Source: an uncultured Flavobacteriales bacterium
GTDB taxonomy: Bacteria > Bacteroidota > Bacteroidia > Flavobacteriales_D > Crocinitomicaceae
Reading direction: 5' to 3'
DNA: 56,757 nucleotides
NCBI GenBank assembly: GCA_903879765.1
Contig: CAIRMS010000161.1
Span: 1 to 56,757 of the forward strand
The position numbers and the translations under genes were made by a program. Shown in pieces: positions 53,484 to 56,757 of this stretch. The notes beneath the pieces are model-generated. The model was not told the origin of the DNA. It was given only the letters and a program-made list of their open reading frames with translations, and did not search any database. Each line of letters starts with the position of its first letter. The first letter of the stretch is position 1.

Positions 53484-54283
53484 TAGTTAATGGAAATAAT
53501 GGTGTATAATGATAGAAAAATGGATATCAACGGAGTCAACACCTGTGTGTAATTTTGTAAATTCTGACCTTGAAAACGAGCCCCACCATTCGGTTCGACA
53601 TAAATGACATCATTTTGTGCAAGAAAAAACGCAGGACTTTCGTACACGTCTTTCTTTGTTAAATCCAAACGGTATTCGATGCGCTTTCCGGAAATTTCAC
53701 GAATCACCAAAATGTTTTTTCGAATTGCTGAAAGATCTAGATCACCCGCAAGTCCCAGCGCATCTAGAATTGTTGCCCGCTCTGAATTTAATACAAATGA
53801 GCCTGGATTCTTAACCTGTCCCAATACAGTTACTCGGAAATTTTTTAGTTGTATGTTCACCACTGGAGCTTCTACGTATGCTGAAATTAACTCTTGTAAT
53901 TTTACTGTCGCTTCCAAACGTGTTAGACCCGCTAATTTCACAAAGCCTAAAACAGGGAAATTAATGTTTCCGTTTTGATCAATTAGATACGTAATGCTCG
54001 CTGTAACTTGTGTGTTTTGAGCATTATTCATTTGATTGGCAGATGAAGAATAAAACTGAAATGCCGCCAAGGCCTCTTGATCTTGTCCCCCAACTTGAAT
54101 CAACAATAAATCATCCGTCCGAAGTACCGGTACGTATGTCATGTTTTGACCAATAGTCGCTAATGAATCTGCTGAATTATCTTGAAGATAAACTAATTTC
54201 TCACGCAACTTACATGAAGTCATACTTGTTCCAATCAGAAAAATTAGAAGAACTTTAGGAAGGTGTTTAAGGAGAGGAAGCAT
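53483..54283 (-). CDS. wza: polysaccharide export outer-membrane protein (Wza-like)
   Basis: Lipobox MTSC, a Poly_export motif region, and SLBB (RVTVLGQVKNPGSFVL). ATG 54283 is preferred over the TTG at 54304. TAATG overlap with wzc. Confidence 0.88.
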   Translation of the reverse strand: MLPLLKHLPKVLLIFLIGTSMTSCKLREKLVYLQDNSADSLATIGQNMTYVPVLRTDDLLLIQVGGQDQEALAAFQFYSSSANQMNNAQNTQVTASITYLIDQNGNINFPVLGFVKLAGLTRLEATVKLQELISAYVEAPVVNIQLKNFRVTVLGQVKNPGSFVLNSERATILDALGLAGDLDLSAIRKNILVIREISGKRIEYRLDLTKKDVYESPAFFLAQNDVIYVEPNGGARFQGQNLQNYTQVLTPLISIFLSLYTIISIN

Positions 54284-54337
54284 GAAAAAAGTATTTGTTG
54301 GCAAAGTTACGTAATAATACGATTTATTTGATGTGGA

Positions 54338-55411
54338 TTACGTTCTAGCAGCCAATTTCTTCGCCAGTCTTTTTAAGTATAGGGCTAAAATTAAGCTAAC
54401 TGATGCATGAATAAGAATGGAAATGGATTGTTTAAAAAAGTCCGTAACAAATCCCATAAGTAAAAGGAAAATGGTATTAAATAATATGATAACGAAAGAT
54501 GTTTGGCGATGTGAAAGGTTAAAGTAATCCAATAAAACATGGTGTATGTGATTTCGATCGGATGAAAAAGGACTTTTCCTATTTTGTACACGAATGATAA
54601 ATACGCGAATTGAATCAAATACAGGAATGTACAATGCTGAAATGATCAAGAGCGGTAAGTTCGCCACATAACGCATGTGAATGTCCTCATGATAGTCTTT
54701 CGAGAGGATATTAATGACAACGGCTGCAATCAGAAACCCTATCAATAATGAACCTGTATCTCCCAAGAAGATGCGCTTGTCCTTGGATGTATTGTAACGG
54801 AGAAAAGCGACAAATGCACCGACCATTGACAAACAAACAGCCATCATCATGTAGTCATTCAAGGTAAAATATACGATCGAAAAGAAGGTGAAAAATAATG
54901 CGCCGAGTCCAGATGCTAAACCGTCGATCCCATCAATCAAATTATATGCATTGATGTAAAAGATTACCACCAAATATGCCAAAGGAATACATATCCATGG
55001 TGCAATCTCGTGAATACCTAAAAATCCATGCAGGTTTGTGATTTGAAAATCTGGTGATAAAAATAAAATTGTTGTTGCAATGAGCTGAACCATGATTTTA
55101 TTCCAAGGATTAATTCCCGTTAAATCATCTTTCAAGCCCATGAAAAAGATAAACAAGGCAGACGGAACCAAATAAACCGCTCTCGAAGTAATGAAAAACT
55201 GATCGGCAATATTGAGGGCCAGAATAAGAACAATAAAAAAGGTAATGCCGCCAAAGCTAGGAACTTGTTGAACATGTGAACTACGATTGGACACACGTTC
55301 GAACAATCTTTTCAACTTGACTACTTGAATTACTACAGGCGTCACAAAGTACATGAGCATGAACCCTGTAGTAAAGAAAATAATTAAAATGAGTGCTGTA
55401 AAGGTGGTCAT
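54338..55411 (-). CDS. glycosyltransferase family 4 (MraY/WecA-type undecaprenyl-phosphate sugar-1-phosphate transferase)
   Basis: Polytopic membrane protein with INAYNLIDGIDGLASG and FLGDTGS motifs. Confidence 0.85.
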   Translation of the reverse strand: MTTFTALILIIFFTTGFMLMYFVTPVVIQVVKLKRLFERVSNRSSHVQQVPSFGGITFFIVLILALNIADQFFITSRAVYLVPSALFIFFMGLKDDLTGINPWNKIMVQLIATTILFLSPDFQITNLHGFLGIHEIAPWICIPLAYLVVIFYINAYNLIDGIDGLASGLGALFFTFFSIVYFTLNDYMMMAVCLSMVGAFVAFLRYNTSKDKRIFLGDTGSLLIGFLIAAVVINILSKDYHEDIHMRYVANLPLLIISALYIPVFDSIRVFIIRVQNRKSPFSSDRNHIHHVLLDYFNLSHRQTSFVIILFNTIFLLLMGFVTDFFKQSISILIHASVSLILALYLKRLAKKLAART

Positions 55412-55505
55412 CGTTTATATCGGACGTAATCAGGATGCAAAAGTAGCCTCAAAAATTACTTTTGGCATGAACTTTTTTAATTTTTTTTGTAATTAATAAG
55501 GTATA

Positions 55506-56757
55506 CTAGGATTTCTCCTTTTCATTGTTTTCCGGCGAACCCTCTGTTTCCAAATCAATATCTTCATTCCAATGAATGATTTTCATTCGCTTATCCACGT
55601 TATGCTTAGATTCAACCAAGATTTCATCTATTGGTTTACGCGTAATCAACGCTATTTTAATGCGCAAATTTTTAACAAAAGACTCTCTTCTCTTTTTAAG
55701 CGTTTCATGGGACAGTCCCTCCTCATTAAAGTAGGTATTCAGCGCCGATAGTTCCATTTCTCCTTGAATTCGTATTAAACTCAATACTTCCCATTCGGTT
55801 GAAGAAAAGTCTGTTTTACGCAATTTCTTTTGAGCTCTTTGCAAAAATCGAACCTTGTGCATGCGACGAATGTAAAATAACAAGGTAAATAAAAAGAAAT
55901 TTAAAATTAAAGAGATCCATAGGTAATCCTCTTTCGGAAATAAACTAAATACAGAGGGTTTCTGATAAATGTTATACTCCCCTATTTTAAATTCCTTTAG
56001 TTCACTGAATTTTTGAACTACTACAGATAAATTTTTATTATTTGAATTAGACAATACGTACATCAAATAAGCATGATTCTTCGATGAAACAATTTTGTTC
56101 ATATTCAGTACCAACGGGTTTTCGTAGGAAGACCATTTATTTTTTGCTATGTCAAATTCAATAATGCGATTAGACATGCGGGATATTTCGTTCGGTAAAT
56201 TCTCGTGAACATCAAAAAGATTAAATTCCTTGGCTAGCAATTCACTTAAATCCCCTAACTTTTTCCATGTTTTGCTTTTGCAATCATATTCCCAACAATC
56301 TTGAATTGTCTTTCCCTTTAATTGATTTCGATTGATCCCTCCCAATAAATAAAATGAATTCTCTCCTAAAAAAAACAATGGTGCAGTGCGAGCTGCAGGA
56401 CAATCTTTGCTTTTAATCGCCACCTCAAACCACTCTCTTGCCCTTGGAACAAATCGCGTAAAGACATTTTTCACTTGAAAGAAACCATATCCACCGAACA
56501 TAAAAACATTGCCTTTCCAAGCGTACATAACCGAACCGTACTGATTTCTATGTGGGAAACTTAGGTCAATTCTTTTGAGTGTATCGTGATACAATTCATA
56601 TACATTTCCACAGCTTTCATGCACAAAGTAATAGCGGTTTTTGGCTATTGAAAGTACACGAGTCATTTCTACAACCTCCTTGAACAGTTGATCTACATCA
56701 TACACATAGGTATGTTTTATCCATCGATGACTTCCTGGCCGCTGTGTCCAATAATGC
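55506..56757 (-). CDS. Kelch-like beta-propeller, single TM helix and C-terminal OmpR-type winged-helix protein (5' end outside the window)
   Basis: Kelch-like blades (VFMFGGYG...REWFEV, FYLLGGIN...DCWEYDCKSKTWKKL), TM YLWISLILNFFLFTLLFYI followed by RRMHKVRFLQRAQKKLRK, and a C-terminal FSSTEWEVLSLI...VKNLRIKIA winged-helix-like segment. The frame stays open upstream of the GTG at 56705 to the window edge. Confidence 0.6.
   Translation of the reverse strand, partial: HYWTQRPGSHRWIKHTYVYDVDQLFKEVVEMTRVLSIAKNRYYFVHESCGNVYELYHDTLKRIDLSFPHRNQYGSVMYAWKGNVFMFGGYGFFQVKNVFTRFVPRAREWFEVAIKSKDCPAARTAPLFFLGENSFYLLGGINRNQLKGKTIQDCWEYDCKSKTWKKLGDLSELLAKEFNLFDVHENLPNEISRMSNRIIEFDIAKNKWSSYENPLVLNMNKIVSSKNHAYLMYVLSNSNNKNLSVVVQKFSELKEFKIGEYNIYQKPSVFSLFPKEDYLWISLILNFFLFTLLFYIRRMHKVRFLQRAQKKLRKTDFSSTEWEVLSLIRIQGEMELSALNTYFNEEGLSHETLKKRRESFVKNLRIKIALITRKPIDEILVESKHNVDKRMKIIHWNEDIDLETEGSPENNEKEKS

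Overview
AT-rich chromosomal segment that looks like Bacteroidota, Flavobacteriia-like. The basis is a T9SS C-terminal sorting domain, BshB1, TAnnTTTG -7 boxes close to start codons, and many Bacteroidota-typical DUF families. I call about 55 protein genes, mostly housekeeping: metK, mtnA, truA, fabD, coaE, pruA, recF, gcvP, bshB1, purF, waaA, and a wecA-like/wza/wzc export locus. I recognised no rRNA, tRNA, CRISPR, transposase or integrase. Several track ORFs begin at GTG/TTG extensions, and I moved those starts to the internal ATG that gives a normal N-terminus or signal peptide. The feature gene content does not explain lies at 40.09-50.26 kb. There, seven arrays totalling about 130 copies of a strictly phase-locked 8-nt unit fill nearly every intergenic gap. 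The core unit is AATGTGCT, alternating with degenerate A[AG]T[GT]NNNN octamers. The arrays are often arranged as forward arm, short spacer, inverted arm. They start exactly on the TAA stop codon of five flanking genes. One forward/inverted pair encloses a 23S-rRNA-IVS/Avd-type four-helix-bundle gene. I cannot assign these arrays to a repeat family I know; no database search was possible. Secondary observations:
- A TonB-dependent receptor is split by a 1-nt frameshift in an A6 run, inside an HYC_CC_PP/TBDR/HMA metal cluster.
- Four genes form a TAATG-coupled operon: MbnP-like, di-haem peroxidase, an unknown 472-aa protein and a WYL regulator.
- A DUF3127 protein carries an SSB-like acidic tip (DDDDLPF).
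- A PyrG-amidotransferase-like protein has all three catalytic-triad residues replaced.
- A Kelch/TM/winged-helix protein, truncated by the window edge, sits upstream of the polysaccharide export genes.
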